Sequence record: PV805633.1
From: a phage
Reading direction: 5' to 3' (one strand)
Length of the DNA: 64,000 nt
Each line of letters opens with the position of its first letter. The first letter of the stretch is position 1. Below the pieces are notes generated by a model, which was given only the letters and a program-made list of their open reading frames with translations, did not search any database and was not told the DNA's origin. Positions 37,204 to 49,010 of the stretch are shown here, piece after piece. The translations under genes were made by a program, and so were the position numbers.

Positions 37204-39158
37204 TTAAGGCATTTTCACATACCCAGGTATGCCTTGGGCTTGGCGTATATACCGTATAGCACGCTCCTGGTTTTCTTTCTCAGCCTCCCGATCTACGGAA
37301 GCCTGTGATCGAAAGTTACGAGGAGCCAGGTTTTGCGGATCAGCCTGTACCTGCCCCTGAGCATTTTTAAGCATTGCAGCAGCTCTAGCAACAGCCTCCT
37401 GTCGTGCAGGTAACAGTGCAGTAAGTGCAGTCTGACCTGTAGCAATCTTATTTGGGTGTTTGACAGTGCAGCTACGGCAGCATCATATGCAGTCTGTGCT
37501 GCCTGAATATTCTGCATAGCCTGAGCACGACCAAGGTTACGTACACTTGCTTCAAGGGGTTCACCACGTTTTAACCCCTCAATCATTTGGTCTACCTGAC
37601 GGTCATTAAGTCGCAAGCCATTACCGGCTTCTGGGGTTTGCCCTATAGTTAGATAATCAATAAGACGTCCTGTATTACTTTCCGGTACGTTAGTCATTGC
37701 ACGTTGAACAACAACACCTGCCATAGCAGGAGATACATTAGCACGCTGAGCAATATCATTGATACGAGCCACAACCCATTGTTTATCTGCCCCCTTAAAG
37801 TCACCCTCTAGTAATCTGTTAGCAACTTCCCCAACAGTAGAAGTGTCATTTAAGGCAGGTAAATAATCAGGAGCAATACTTCCAGCATTGTCCTCCATAG
37901 AACGAGTACCAATCATACCGGTAGCCAGAGTAGATACTGCCTGATTACCTTGGTTATTCTGAACCATAGCTAGTGGGTCAGCCCCTACTTCAGCTTGGGC
38001 AATAACAGGTTTCATCTCTTCCCAAGTCATATCCTTATAAGCACCTGGAGTAGAGTTAGGCAGAGCAGCCCAAGTATCTTTAAGGTTACCGTTCTTACGG
38101 GCCTCGAAGATAGCCCTACCAATCTTATCCTGGTTCTCAGGAGAAAGAGGCTGGCTTTGCCAATCTGGACCAAGAACTTTAGGAGCGAAGTCTAGCAGAG
38201 TAGCTTGGTTAATCTGGAATGCACCAACAGGAGAAGCACCCTGCTTCGACTTCATACTATCCTGATGCTTAATTACATCACCAATACTCATTTGAGTAAT
38301 AGGAGTAGATGTACCAGCAAACTGGTAAGTAACATCATAAGGAGAACCCTGACGAGTACCAGCAGTACCTGGGGCAGACGTAGCACCAACATTGTTACCG
38401 TAAACACCCGGATATGCTCGTGCAAGCATTTCCTGCAAACGTGCCTGTGCAACCGGAGACAGATGCTTACTATAAGATTCTGCCAGAATACGGGCATCGT
38501 CAGCATTCTCAGCACCACGAGTAATCAGTGCCATTACCCCCGTAGCAGCCTGACTATCAGCATCATTACGTTGAGCAACACCTAAATCAAAACGATTCTG
38601 TGCCTGATTAATAGCCTGACCACCCTGACCTTGAAGACGACTCAGCATGTCCAATTGCTGGTCAGCAGGGAGTGCAGACAATGCATCACGGGTCTGACTT
38701 AATGCAGCATTAATACGGTTCTGGTCACCCGACTGATAAGCCTCAGACAGCAAACGAATAGCAGGGGAAGCATTATCTAATGCAGTGTTAGTATCCCGTA
38801 AACGATCAAAGTTATAAGTATTGTAGTCATTGGTTCCCTGCTGACCTTGTTGAGTCAACAGTGTACCTGCTCGCTCATCAAGGTTTTGGAGGGTACGCTG
38901 GTTTATCAATGAAGGGTCAACCCCCTGAAACAGTGCACCAGATGCCAAAGCATTGCGGTACTCAGTAGGGTCTTGGTACTGCATAGCATTCATCATGACG
39001 GCATTGCCAGCCTCCTGCTTGGCAGCGTTCTGGAAATTACCCAGTGCATCACTTAAGCCGGAGGTGGCGTTACCAATCATGCTACCAAATGTGCGAATGC
39101 TGTCACCAACTCCAGAGAAGTTAGGTGCATCAACATTTCTCCACGTTATCTGAGCCAT
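37204..39158 (-). CDS. virion protein (N4 gp51-like), Gln/Ala-rich; reading frame interrupted by a 1-nt indel near 37451-37453
   Basis: 621-aa track ORF ends in R/L-rich out-of-frame sequence; alternative frame gives a coherent C-terminus ending ...GIPGYVKMP at 37204; AGGAAACC SD before ATG 39158. Confidence 0.65.
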
Positions 39159-39170
39159 GATGGTTTCCTA

Positions 39171-39635
39171 TTAACGAGTTAATTTATTAGCTGCAATGTA
39201 AGCATCAGCCGAAGACTGGTCACGGTTCTCTGCTGTAGCACGACTACGAGCACGGTCTTCCAGTGCAGTGTTATAAGACTTAATCTGATTATTCAGGTTA
39301 GTGTTAGTAACACTCTTAGTAAAGTTCAACTGGTCTTTGGCTAACTTGTTAGCCTGGAAACCACTATAGATACCTGCTAAGGAACCAAGTGCACCGAGTC
39401 CTAGCTGGAAGGTAGGAATGTTCATTCCCAACTGATTAGCTGAACCAGATAAGAAAGAGGTGGGCGTAGTTAATCCTGTACCTGCATTCATACCAATAGC
39501 TGCACCCGGATTGTAGTTCATAGCTGGGGTATTAAAGTTCTGATTGTTATTAGACATCCAAGACATAGCAGCTGGCTGTGGGGTTTGGTTGCCTGTTAAG
39601 AATGACAAATCCATGGGGATTCTCCTGTTAAACAA
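39171..39635 (-). CDS. virion protein (154 aa), Gly/Asn-rich
   Basis: ORF track; tight spacing within the late operon. Confidence 0.6.
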   Translation of the reverse strand: MFNRRIPMDLSFLTGNQTPQPAAMSWMSNNNQNFNTPAMNYNPGAAIGMNAGTGLTTPTSFLSGSANQLGMNIPTFQLGLGALGSLAGIYSGFQANKLAKDQLNFTKSVTNTNLNNQIKSYNTALEDRARSRATAENRDQSSADAYIAANKLTR

Positions 39636-42291
39636 GGTCAGTATTAAGAGTCATATCAGAGTAGCTGCCAACCATGTTTAAGGACATGTCAGCTATATCC
39701 GAACCAGTCATAAGAGTACGTGAGAGGAAAGAATCCAACGACTCCATTGACACAAATTGCATAGGGTCAATTACACCCTGCCCAGCAGTACCAAACATTT
39801 CTTCATACTGCTTATTGATTGCCATCATATCAGTATTGTACTGCTGCATTACATTCTCTGCTTTCTGAATAGTAGCAGCCGTAGATGCATTAATATACTG
39901 ACTAATGCCGTTACCTACTGAACTAGTAAGCTGCATGATGTTTTGAGCATTCATCATTTCACTAGCTAAGGTAGATAAGGATGTACCAGTAGACATAGCA
40001 GTACCAACATTCATAGCCACCATTGAAGCAACAGCAGCAATGATAAAGCCTAGCTTATCACCAAATAGTGAAGTAGATACTTTAGTGATAATAGATACCA
40101 GAATCATTGCAGCAATGGCGTTTGCTACAGCACCTACTATTACAGCAGCTAATCCAACAAAGCCAAGTGATGCACCAACTGCACCATATGCCCCAAGAAT
40201 ACCTGCACCACCTGCACTACCAGCACCCATAGTAAATACGGATATAACGACAGCAACTACAACAACCACAATCTTAAAGGCAGAGGACTGATACCACTTT
40301 TTCTTAACCTTTTTATATGAGTTCATTACTAAGTAGGAACAAGCAGTAGACAGTTGAGTACTACGAGTCAGTGACATTGAACGGTAGATGTTAGTGTGTA
40401 GCGGAATAATGAATCCACTCTCCTCTGCATCACCCATCGCCTCAGCAACATCAATATTTACTGACTTATTTTTATATACCCTGTTGCTATGATGAAGGCC
40501 CAATACCCTAAGTTTACGGTAGGTGTTATTACCATCCTGCCAAAGCAACTCATATTCTTGCATAGAGTAAAACGTAGGAGTAACTTCTAATCTTTTAGTC
40601 GAACCAGAGTTACCAGCAGTACGTATGTTCTTACGGGTAAGAGTTATATCTCCTGCATATCTGGCTCGTAGCTGTCCTTGCTTAGCACCAGACCACGCTT
40701 TACCTGAGTGGGTAGTTTCAAATACGTAGTTCCAACTAATAGTCATGTCATACTTATACTGCTTACTACTGTGTACCCTAAACTCTCGCTTAGGTATGAC
40801 GGGGTATTCTGGCAGAGGTGGAGGTGTTCCAACAGTTTGACCTTCCTGCCTGTTCCACCATTCTACATACTCATCGACTGCATCATTTGCTGCCTGATAG
40901 CCTGCAATCACTGCTTCCAGTGTAGGGTAGGTTGGATCAGGTGGGAATGCTTCAGTAGCCATCTGAAAGAAACGGTAGATGTATTCCTTAGCAGTATCCT
41001 CTGGAGTATTTAGGGATACACCGAATGTGCCATAGATGTATTGAATATCACCTATGTCGTCATTCTTCTTAAGCTCAGTCACTACTTTATTAAGCTTACC
41101 ACCAGTAGCTTTATAGAGTGCCTTCTCACAGTGGGGGTAGATTGGGTCATTCTCTACCCATTGTTTATCATTCCTGATTGGAATGAATGGATAGAATCGG
41201 TTATCAGTAGCTTCAGTATCAAACAGGGAATCAAGTGCAACGTTACCTGAGTTCTGCTTATAGATAAGCATCTTAGGTGTACCAACAGCAGTCATCTCAG
41301 TATCAGTACTAGTAGTCTGGGATGAGTACTTACGAACCAGTGTCTCTGTAGTTGTAGTGATTGTATCTGTGCGAGTAACACCACCACCTAAATCAACTAC
41401 ATTGGTAGTTACAGTAGTACTGGATTGAACCTCACCAAACTTTGTATGAGTCATTACCCTGTCGGATACAACCACAGTTACATCATCAGGTTTCTCAGTG
41501 AACCCTCTACGGTAAACCTTAACGTAAGAGTTCCAGCTATCCACACTTGGTTCAGTAACAGTATTGTCTTCATCCGGTCTACCATCAGAGTAAACAGAAT
41601 GAGTCTGTATAGTCTTAGTAAGATTTGTTGTGTTAGCCGTCGTATCACTTGAGATGGTAGTCCATAACAGAGTAGACGGTAAGTCATCTTCGCTGTTATA
41701 GACAGTAGTCGGACCTACTACCGGTGGATTGGTAGCCGGGGACTTATAGAAAGTGTAATCAGCATAGAGATACAAAGCACCTGGTTCAAAGTTAGTAGGT
41801 GTGAATGTAATGGGGGAACCTCCATCTAAGGAGGTCATAGTGATTACATTGGTATCTTCATCAATGTCTACATCGAATCGTTCCATGATTCGACTTGGGG
41901 CATTCTCATAAAGATACTGGTCACACCATTGCTCAAAGTCAGCAAAGCCAATCTCTGCTGCCTGAACATAGACAGATTCTCCAGCAGGTGGAGTAATTTG
42001 ACCCTCTATAACAGTAGGGTCAATCTTAGCCAGTACACCTAACGAAGAACCTGCCATACCAACTTCTGAATCATAGTGGTTCTTGCTCCAGCTAGAGAAC
42101 AGTCGCATACGTATACCAGGCCCCTTCAGATAACTATCAGAGATAGTGTCTGCCATAGTGAATCCTGTATCAGCAACAATCTTACCAATGACTACAGTCT
42201 TCATATAGTTTGGACGTTTGTGTATATCCCCTGCCATGTTATAGACAGAGGATGCTACGTATACTTTGGTCTTACTACTGAATAAGCCCAT
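39628..42291 (-). CDS. large virion structural protein (887 aa) with Gly/Ala-rich hydrophobic segments
   Basis: ORF track; internal TM-like stretch VVVVVAVVISVFTMGAGSAGGAGILGAYGAVGASLGFVGLAAVIVGAVANAIAAMILV. Confidence 0.65.
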   Translation of the reverse strand: MGLFSSKTKVYVASSVYNMAGDIHKRPNYMKTVVIGKIVADTGFTMADTISDSYLKGPGIRMRLFSSWSKNHYDSEVGMAGSSLGVLAKIDPTVIEGQITPPAGESVYVQAAEIGFADFEQWCDQYLYENAPSRIMERFDVDIDEDTNVITMTSLDGGSPITFTPTNFEPGALYLYADYTFYKSPATNPPVVGPTTVYNSEDDLPSTLLWTTISSDTTANTTNLTKTIQTHSVYSDGRPDEDNTVTEPSVDSWNSYVKVYRRGFTEKPDDVTVVVSDRVMTHTKFGEVQSSTTVTTNVVDLGGGVTRTDTITTTTETLVRKYSSQTTSTDTEMTAVGTPKMLIYKQNSGNVALDSLFDTEATDNRFYPFIPIRNDKQWVENDPIYPHCEKALYKATGGKLNKVVTELKKNDDIGDIQYIYGTFGVSLNTPEDTAKEYIYRFFQMATEAFPPDPTYPTLEAVIAGYQAANDAVDEYVEWWNRQEGQTVGTPPPLPEYPVIPKREFRVHSSKQYKYDMTISWNYVFETTHSGKAWSGAKQGQLRARYAGDITLTRKNIRTAGNSGSTKRLEVTPTFYSMQEYELLWQDGNNTYRKLRVLGLHHSNRVYKNKSVNIDVAEAMGDAEESGFIIPLHTNIYRSMSLTRSTQLSTACSYLVMNSYKKVKKKWYQSSAFKIVVVVVAVVISVFTMGAGSAGGAGILGAYGAVGASLGFVGLAAVIVGAVANAIAAMILVSIITKVSTSLFGDKLGFIIAAVASMVAMNVGTAMSTGTSLSTLASEMMNAQNIMQLTSSVGNGISQYINASTAATIQKAENVMQQYNTDMMAINKQYEEMFGTAGQGVIDPMQFVSMESLDSFLSRTLMTGSDIADMSLNMVGSYSDMTLNTDLV

Positions 42292-42292
42292 A

Positions 42293-43135
42293 TTAATTCA
42301 GCCCGTTGTTAATCTTCAGCTTGGACAAAATGGTATCAATACTTGCGTTGGTGAATCCATTAGGTGGGTTCAAGCCTTCATCAATAGTCTTCTGTGTAAT
42401 CCATGCATCAGTAAACAACTTAGATGCTTTAACTTCTGCATCACGTTGGTAAGAAGTAATCTGTTGGGAGTACAACTCTTTCTGTTTACCTACGGAACCC
42501 CTAACTGCTGCACCGTCTGTACGAGTATCCAATGTCTGTGCACGTTGTGCCTCAGTCTGCTCAGTAATCAGTTTAAGCTGTTGAGGTAACATATGGTCAG
42601 CATTAAACAATGCAGCACAGTACGTTTCAGACTCAGTAGCAATCTTCATCTTAGTGAGAGCATATTCACTCTTAGCAGATAGTGCCTGAATCTTAGCCAG
42701 CACATACTGAGCTTTAGAAGTAGCCAGTTGCACTCGTGCAGTAACTGCCTGAATCTGTGCCATAGCAGCAGCCCAGTATGCTTGGTCACGACCGAGTAAG
42801 AACTGAACAGCGTTACTCATGCACGATTCCATCATAGCAATGTATGCTTTGGTATATTCACCACCAGTAATACGGTTAGCTTTAAACTCAGCTTTAAGAT
42901 GGTTGTGTGCAGATTCCATTAAAGCATCAAACGTACCACTACCACCTACTTCACGGGTAGTAAGCGATTCATTCGTTACTTTAGTAATAGCATCAAAGAT
43001 AGGAGAGTCATCACCACCAGGGATATCCCATTCAGGGCCAGACATATCAATGTCAGGGAGGGTAAAGTCATCACCCTTAGTTAACTCTTCTAGGAGTCGG
43101 TTAGCTTCTACCTCAGCAGAACAAGACATAATCAT
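42293..43135 (-). CDS. virion structural protein (280 aa)
   Basis: ORF track; late-operon position. Confidence 0.6.
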   Translation of the reverse strand: MIMSCSAEVEANRLLEELTKGDDFTLPDIDMSGPEWDIPGGDDSPIFDAITKVTNESLTTREVGGSGTFDALMESAHNHLKAEFKANRITGGEYTKAYIAMMESCMSNAVQFLLGRDQAYWAAAMAQIQAVTARVQLATSKAQYVLAKIQALSAKSEYALTKMKIATESETYCAALFNADHMLPQQLKLITEQTEAQRAQTLDTRTDGAAVRGSVGKQKELYSQQITSYQRDAEVKASKLFTDAWITQKTIDEGLNPPNGFTNASIDTILSKLKINNGLN

Positions 43136-43146
43136 TCCTCTTGGTT

Positions 43147-43187
43147 CAAAAAGAAACGGCCCACGGAGTTACCCCAGTGAGCCGTGT
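43147..43187 (-). terminator. Rho-independent terminator (minus strand)
   Basis: 9-bp stem with one G-U (43158-43166/43179-43187), 12-nt loop; the A-rich run at 43150-43157 on the + strand is the U-tract on the minus strand. Confidence 0.5.
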
Positions 43188-43205
43188 TGAACTGTAGCTT
43201 ATACG

Positions 43206-43847
43206 TTAATCGTTCAGGCTACCAGCAGCAATCTGTGCTTGAGCCAGTTGAGCCAATTCTGCTTCAGTCAGCGGAGGCAATACTTCAATGGAGAACTCAC
43301 GTGCTTCTGTTGCACGGATATCTGGTAAGCCATTCTTACCTTTACGAGTCGTAATATTGATGAACTTACGCTCTTTAAGGAACTCGTAGATACAGTACGG
43401 AATATGATAACCATTGTCGGTAACTTCACCGAATGGAACAAACTTACGCACAGTACCCATATATTCGTTAGCTACGGTGATAATCTCACCCGGCAGGTCT
43501 TTCTTCTTAGGGTCAAGGTTCTGGATACGTACACGAATCAGTCGAGTTTGTTCTGCACGAATCTTCTGACCCAGGGTCATCTTCTTAACACCAGCTTCCT
43601 GTTTTTCACCCAAAGGGTTAACAGCAGATTCTTTTACTTCTGGTTCATCTTTTGCTTGTGCAGCTTCAATTTTCTCACGGAGTTTCTCAACGGAGATGTT
43701 GTTAGAGAACTTAATATTCATCAACGTTGCACGTTGCTTAAGAACTTCAAGTTCGCTAGGCATTGCAATATCGTTAACGGTATCTTCGTTGCCCTGTACG
43801 TCCAGTTCTACGCCAGTGGTCGGTTTATCGTTAATGCTCATGTTCAT
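43206..43847 (-). CDS. virion-associated protein (213 aa)
   Basis: ORF track; immediately downstream of the capsid gene. Confidence 0.6.
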   Translation of the reverse strand: MNMSINDKPTTGVELDVQGNEDTVNDIAMPSELEVLKQRATLMNIKFSNNISVEKLREKIEAAQAKDEPEVKESAVNPLGEKQEAGVKKMTLGQKIRAEQTRLIRVRIQNLDPKKKDLPGEIITVANEYMGTVRKFVPFGEVTDNGYHIPYCIYEFLKERKFINITTRKGKNGLPDIRATEAREFSIEVLPPLTEAELAQLAQAQIAAGSLND

Positions 43848-43877
43848 ATTTCCTGTGGTTCAACTAGTTTTATTAAG

Positions 43878-43907
43878 AGGGGGACACTAGTCCCCCTTAT
43901 TTTATTT
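43878..43907. terminator. stable hairpin downstream of the capsid gene (AGGGGGAC/GTCCCCCT, 4-nt loop) with T-rich 3' flank on the + strand
   Basis: Perfect 8-bp stem; TATTTTATTT follows on the + strand. Confidence 0.45.
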
Positions 43908-43914
43908 AGGACTA

Positions 43915-45117
43915 TTACAGAGGAGCAACAGTCTTAATCAGAGCCAGACGTTCCGGACGTTTAACCAGGATACCGTAGTACCACTTGATGGAACTGAAAC
44001 CAGTCTCACCATACGGGTCATTACGGTCAGCAGTTTCACGACCAGGCATCTTAGTCATGATGGAGAACTTAACAGACTTACCATCAGTCTGGAAGCCAAT
44101 GGTAGAGAAGGAGTCATCACCAACTACCAGCATCGGGAACACGTCATAGTGTTCTTCACCACTAACCATAGAAGAACGGTAACCCGGGTTAGTAGAGACT
44201 TGAGCACCAGCACCTGCCCAATGCAGCATCTCAGGAACCTGGATAATACGGAACTTGTCGATACAACCAATCTCACCATTCATCAGAGTACCAGCATCAG
44301 CATAGTGCTGAACCTCGATGAATGCTTTGTTACCGAATAGGTCTTTCATCGCTTTCAGTTCTGGAACAAGTTCAGAACCAACGTACATTACACGAGTACC
44401 ACCAAGTACTTTGGTATCGGTAAGTTTAGAACCAGTGATGATAGTAGTCTGGGTCGGAGTACGGTTCTCAGTAAGAATCTGGTCAAGACGCATCAGGTTC
44501 TTATAAGAAACTACAGATGGGGTAGCACCTTCACCAGTGATGGTAGCATCGGAGGTAGCAGCACCTGCATACAGTACAGTACCAGCAGCAGCCAACAGAT
44601 CTTTCTGGAGAACAGCTTCAGTCAGCTGTACAGCACCGTTCATCAGTTCACGAGACAGGTGTTCTTTCAGTTGGTCATCAGAATCAAAGTCCAGAGACTC
44701 TTGAGTAAATTCGTAGAAGAAACCGAACTTATGAATGGAACCTTCACGAGACAGACGAGTAAAGCCTACACGGTTAACACGACCACCGTTCTCTGTCAGC
44801 AGAGGCAGTTTAGAAGTGATGTTACCAACGTCTCGGGAAGAACCATACAGGTTACCATTAACAATGGTAGCACCATTAGCATCAATACCCTGGTCGTTGA
44901 TGTTCTTATCGTCAAGCAGTGGAACGTATTCATACACCTTAACAGTCTTACCGTAGTTCTTCGGCATGTTAATGGTGTTAGCCAGTGGCATGAAGTACTG
45001 GTCTTTACGGGACTGAATAATAGCTTTCTTCAGCCAGTAATAGGTATTCATCTGGTCGGAACCAGTACCATCAATGCTAGATTTCTGGCCGTCAATTGGG
45101 GCGTTATAGTTTAACAT
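43915..45117 (-). CDS. major capsid protein (HK97-fold class, N4 gp56-like)
   Basis: 400 aa, matching N4 MCP size; position between scaffold-like gene and portal; followed by a stable hairpin. Confidence 0.7.
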   Translation of the reverse strand: MLNYNAPIDGQKSSIDGTGSDQMNTYYWLKKAIIQSRKDQYFMPLANTINMPKNYGKTVKVYEYVPLLDDKNINDQGIDANGATIVNGNLYGSSRDVGNITSKLPLLTENGGRVNRVGFTRLSREGSIHKFGFFYEFTQESLDFDSDDQLKEHLSRELMNGAVQLTEAVLQKDLLAAAGTVLYAGAATSDATITGEGATPSVVSYKNLMRLDQILTENRTPTQTTIITGSKLTDTKVLGGTRVMYVGSELVPELKAMKDLFGNKAFIEVQHYADAGTLMNGEIGCIDKFRIIQVPEMLHWAGAGAQVSTNPGYRSSMVSGEEHYDVFPMLVVGDDSFSTIGFQTDGKSVKFSIMTKMPGRETADRNDPYGETGFSSIKWYYGILVKRPERLALIKTVAPL

Positions 45118-45133
45118 ATCATCTTATTCCTGT

Positions 45134-46354
45134 TTAAAGACTACCCGGTACTGGGAGTTTAGCGAAATCTTCATCACTCATAGCGAGTGGGTTTACAATA
45201 GGTGTTGCTTTACGTGTAGCAGCCCGATTAAGGGAAGCTGCTTTAGCTTGCTCACTGTTAGCCAGAGTCTGCTTAGGTTGTGCTACACGCACTACCGGCT
45301 GAACTACTGGTTTAACTGCTTGTACCGGTTCTGGCTTAGCCACTCGGTTAAATGCCCCCTGCTGTGCAAGGAGGTTACCGACGTGGTTATAAGCCTGAAT
45401 GAACGGAGTACCTACCGGAATCTGGCCTAACATTTGAAGACGGTTCACTTCGTTTGCAATGGTGTCATAAATACCATTCTCACGTTGTTCGTGAATAGTC
45501 TGGAGTAGGCCACGATTCTGGTAAAGAGCTTCTTTACTGGCAGCATCCCATGTCGAGCCGATAACACCTAATGTAGCTTGTCCTTCTTGAGTAGACTTTA
45601 AGTCGTCAATTTCGGTTGCAAAATCTGCTTCGGTGTCGGTAACACGGTGATTGCCACCCTGGTAGTTAATTTCTTCATCTGGATTAAAGTCCAGAGGATC
45701 TGTACCAGAGTCTTTGAGCAACTTCTTAATGGCTTCAGGATTCTTTTTATCCAGGTCAATAAGGAAAGAAAGTTTATCCTCATCCATCAAACCGTTGTTC
45801 TGTAACATCAGCATTACCTTACGGTAAGGCTTTAGTTCTTGCATCTTACGAGTATAGTTAGCACCCATCTGCATCAGGCTAATGGCCTCCTCCGGTGAAC
45901 GGGGAGTAATTACTTTGCCGTTAGCTTTAAAAGGAGCCATCAACTTCTCGTAACCTTCTTTATAGTTGAAGTCAGCAGGCAGACCTTCAGACTGTTTGCC
46001 TTCTTCTTTCTGTTCCTGGCCTGGTTCAGTAGTAGAAGGTTCAGCTTTAGTAATCGGCTCGCCGTTACTATCAACTTCTGTGTCAACAACTTTATCATCA
46101 ACTTTATCAGAAGTTAAAGGATTTGCTGAATCTTCTTCATCTGGTTCGGCTTCAGGGGAGGTTTCTTCAGTTGGTAGGTCTTCAACAGCAGGGGTGTCAA
46201 CTTCTTCTTCAGGAGTCTGTACGCCGTTGGTTTCTGGGTTGTTCTGAGTGGAAGTATCTTCCTCAGCAATAATTGCTGGGGCTTCCATATTCAGAATCTC
46301 ATCATCCGACATTGCGAGAATGTCGGAAGCTGTGGTTGCAGCTTCCGTAGTCAT
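45134..46354 (-). CDS. putative scaffolding protein (406 aa, acidic N-terminal region)
   Basis: Acidic, Pro/Glu-rich N-terminal third; located directly upstream of the capsid gene. Confidence 0.45.
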   Translation of the reverse strand: MTTEAATTASDILAMSDDEILNMEAPAIIAEEDTSTQNNPETNGVQTPEEEVDTPAVEDLPTEETSPEAEPDEEDSANPLTSDKVDDKVVDTEVDSNGEPITKAEPSTTEPGQEQKEEGKQSEGLPADFNYKEGYEKLMAPFKANGKVITPRSPEEAISLMQMGANYTRKMQELKPYRKVMLMLQNNGLMDEDKLSFLIDLDKKNPEAIKKLLKDSGTDPLDFNPDEEINYQGGNHRVTDTEADFATEIDDLKSTQEGQATLGVIGSTWDAASKEALYQNRGLLQTIHEQRENGIYDTIANEVNRLQMLGQIPVGTPFIQAYNHVGNLLAQQGAFNRVAKPEPVQAVKPVVQPVVRVAQPKQTLANSEQAKAASLNRAATRKATPIVNPLAMSDEDFAKLPVPGSL

Positions 46355-46373
46355 AGGAAATATCTCCGGTTAA

Positions 46374-46718
46374 TTATTCGTCTTCAGGTTCAGCACGAAC
46401 TGCGTCGAGTTCTTCTTCTACCTGTAGAATAACGTCAGCTTCGTTTTCGCCCATACGAATGGCAAGATCAAGCCAACGACGTAAGTGACCAGCAGCTTGA
46501 GCCATGTTCAGTGCATCTGCACGGTTATTAGGTTCAAGCAGTGGGTCACCAGACTCTTGCACGTAACGTGCACAATCTTCCGTACAGAACTGGCGAAGGA
46601 TTACTTTACGGAACAGTGGATTCTCCAGAAGTTTACGTACATCTTCTGCATGTGCAACTGCACCTTTAGCAGCTTCCAGTCGATGTTCCAGTCCAGCGAT
46701 TGTTGATTCTTTACTCAT
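46374..46718 (-). CDS. hypothetical virion-module protein (114 aa)
   Basis: ORF track. Confidence 0.55.
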   Translation of the reverse strand: MSKESTIAGLEHRLEAAKGAVAHAEDVRKLLENPLFRKVILRQFCTEDCARYVQESGDPLLEPNNRADALNMAQAAGHLRRWLDLAIRMGENEADVILQVEEELDAVRAEPEDE

Positions 46719-46731
46719 GTGAAGGTCTGCC

Positions 46732-49002
46732 TTACAGGTTCATGCCAAGAGCCGATGCTGGGTCTTGGCTAGGGTCATAGTATTGGGAACTAAGTGAATA
46801 AGACGGGTCTTGCTGAGCAGCTAAATCCCGTTCTGGTATAGAGTTCACGTTAGTCAAAGTATTATATCCAACAGCTGCAGATATGTTGGGGGTAGTTTCC
46901 CCTTCTTTAATAGGTGTTGTCAATGCCTTAGTTATTTGAAGGTTCTGGTTTCCTTGGGATTGTGCTTTTTGTTTTTCCATATCACGAGCATGTTTAGTAC
47001 CAGATTCCTGTTCCAGATAATCCAGGTCTTTAAGGTCACCACTAGAAGCAGCCTCTTTAGCTTTAGCCATATTGAGTGCAATCTTACTTTGCAACTCTTC
47101 ATTCTCAAGCTGTGCTTTCTGAATTGCCAATTGCTTAAGCTGTTCTTCCATAGGGTCTGGTTGTGGTTGCCAAGTACGTAACTCATGAGCCAGGTCAGGC
47201 ATACGTTTAAGCTCTGCAATCTTAGCTACGAGGGATAATGTAATAGTCTGGTCAACCGTATTACCCAATGTTTGAACCATGAAGCTCAAGTCCTGGGATT
47301 TCTGGTTATCAATTTCAGCAGTGTTAATATCAACCTCAATGTCGAAGTTACCTTTAAGATCTTCACGGTTAATCTCTACATACTGCTCGTTAGTAATACG
47401 TACTACTTCCTTCTCAGATAAGAACACAGCATTCATTGCACAAATCTTAGTACCAATGTCTGCCATACCCTTAGCTAATCGACGAAGGATTGCCATCTCA
47501 CGCTTGGATGCTGCATCAAGTGCACCACGAATACCAGCAGCCACATCTCCGTATGCTGAACCAGTTACACCACCGGAGAATGCTTTAACACCAGTTAATG
47601 ATTCAGCTTCCTGGTTTTGCATCTGGGTCATTATTATTGCCGACTGAGGTAACTCAGGGAACTTATGTTCCATAATGGCTTGACTAGGATTACCCTGCAT
47701 TGGGTTGTATTCATAGTCTTGCCCATCGTCATAACGACGTCGGTTTAGTGTATCCAACATCCCTTTAGGATAACCACGTTGACCATTTGCACTTCGACCT
47801 AACAGGTCAATCATCCCACGCATAGTTGCACCAAGAATTGCTTGGTTATCCCCCAACAGTTCAGCATCAGCTTCACCAAAGAGTTCACGTTTACGAGGCA
47901 TGTAAGGAACAACTACTAAAGGTAATTTGCCGTCAGGGAATGGGTTCCTCTCCATACGAATAAGGGTAGAACCAATCCAGGTAGCAACAATAGGTTCCAG
48001 AGAACCATCATCATTGATGTCGTAGAATCCCCAGTATTCATAAGCAACAACTTTCTTACGTAGTGCATCCTTAAACTGAAAGTCACTAGGGGTTTTACTT
48101 TCATGGTCTGGGTCAGTCATAGGACTGGAGCTTTCCCAGTCAATCTTATCTAAGTTGTGATATATGTCCTTGTTCTTCATGAGGTCTGCTTTGCATGTCT
48201 CAAACGAGATAACTGCATACAGAGCCTTATCCAAATCACCATTACAGCTTGGGTCAATAACTACGTTATTAGGGTTAAGCATTTCAACGGTAGGTCTGTT
48301 AACTAGTGCCTTCTCTACTTCTACTTCAGTAACTCCCGTTTGAATTGCATAGGTAGCTTCCCCGGTTTCATTGAAGTAGTTAACAGCTTCCTTAATATCT
48401 TCCGGCATTGTTTCATCATACTCACGAGGATTCTCTGCCTGAAGCTGTAAAGCTTGTTGAAGAACATCAGCTTGTTCCTGGTTCTCAATTGGATACAACT
48501 GGAATACTGGTGTTTCTGTTTTAATCTTAACAGTCTTACGTTCCCAACCAATACGAGCAATACCAGTGCCATCATCTACGACACTATGTACATAATCATC
48601 TACCAGTTTCACTTTATTAAGCTGAGTACGGAATTGGTAGTTAAGAACTAATTCATTCTGGCGTGCAGCTAACTCATCTTCAAAAGTAACAGGGGTTACT
48701 TTAAAGAGCTTATTAGACGAGAGAAAAGGCTCAGACAATGGAGCATATCGCCATTCTGCCTGACGGCGAACCAGTCTGGGTTGGACTTGGGAACGTCCCT
48801 TAACCTTTGGGGGTTTAGCTTTACCTTTAACTTCCATCAGGTCATTCCACTCACGAATCTGTGCCATAATTGCATCGTGAGCAGGTTTAGCTGATTCCAA
48901 ATCACCCTTCAGTAATTGGATACTTGGTTCCTTCTTCCAGTCCGTTAACTTCTCTGATTGAGCCGGGTCTGGTAAAGGCTTAAAAGTGTCTTGGTGTTCC
49001 AT
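46732..49002 (-). CDS. portal protein
   Basis: 756 aa, close to N4 portal size; position upstream of capsid-assembly genes. Confidence 0.7.
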   Translation of the reverse strand: MEHQDTFKPLPDPAQSEKLTDWKKEPSIQLLKGDLESAKPAHDAIMAQIREWNDLMEVKGKAKPPKVKGRSQVQPRLVRRQAEWRYAPLSEPFLSSNKLFKVTPVTFEDELAARQNELVLNYQFRTQLNKVKLVDDYVHSVVDDGTGIARIGWERKTVKIKTETPVFQLYPIENQEQADVLQQALQLQAENPREYDETMPEDIKEAVNYFNETGEATYAIQTGVTEVEVEKALVNRPTVEMLNPNNVVIDPSCNGDLDKALYAVISFETCKADLMKNKDIYHNLDKIDWESSSPMTDPDHESKTPSDFQFKDALRKKVVAYEYWGFYDINDDGSLEPIVATWIGSTLIRMERNPFPDGKLPLVVVPYMPRKRELFGEADAELLGDNQAILGATMRGMIDLLGRSANGQRGYPKGMLDTLNRRRYDDGQDYEYNPMQGNPSQAIMEHKFPELPQSAIIMTQMQNQEAESLTGVKAFSGGVTGSAYGDVAAGIRGALDAASKREMAILRRLAKGMADIGTKICAMNAVFLSEKEVVRITNEQYVEINREDLKGNFDIEVDINTAEIDNQKSQDLSFMVQTLGNTVDQTITLSLVAKIAELKRMPDLAHELRTWQPQPDPMEEQLKQLAIQKAQLENEELQSKIALNMAKAKEAASSGDLKDLDYLEQESGTKHARDMEKQKAQSQGNQNLQITKALTTPIKEGETTPNISAAVGYNTLTNVNSIPERDLAAQQDPSYSLSSQYYDPSQDPASALGMNL

Positions 49003-49010
49003 AGTTAATC

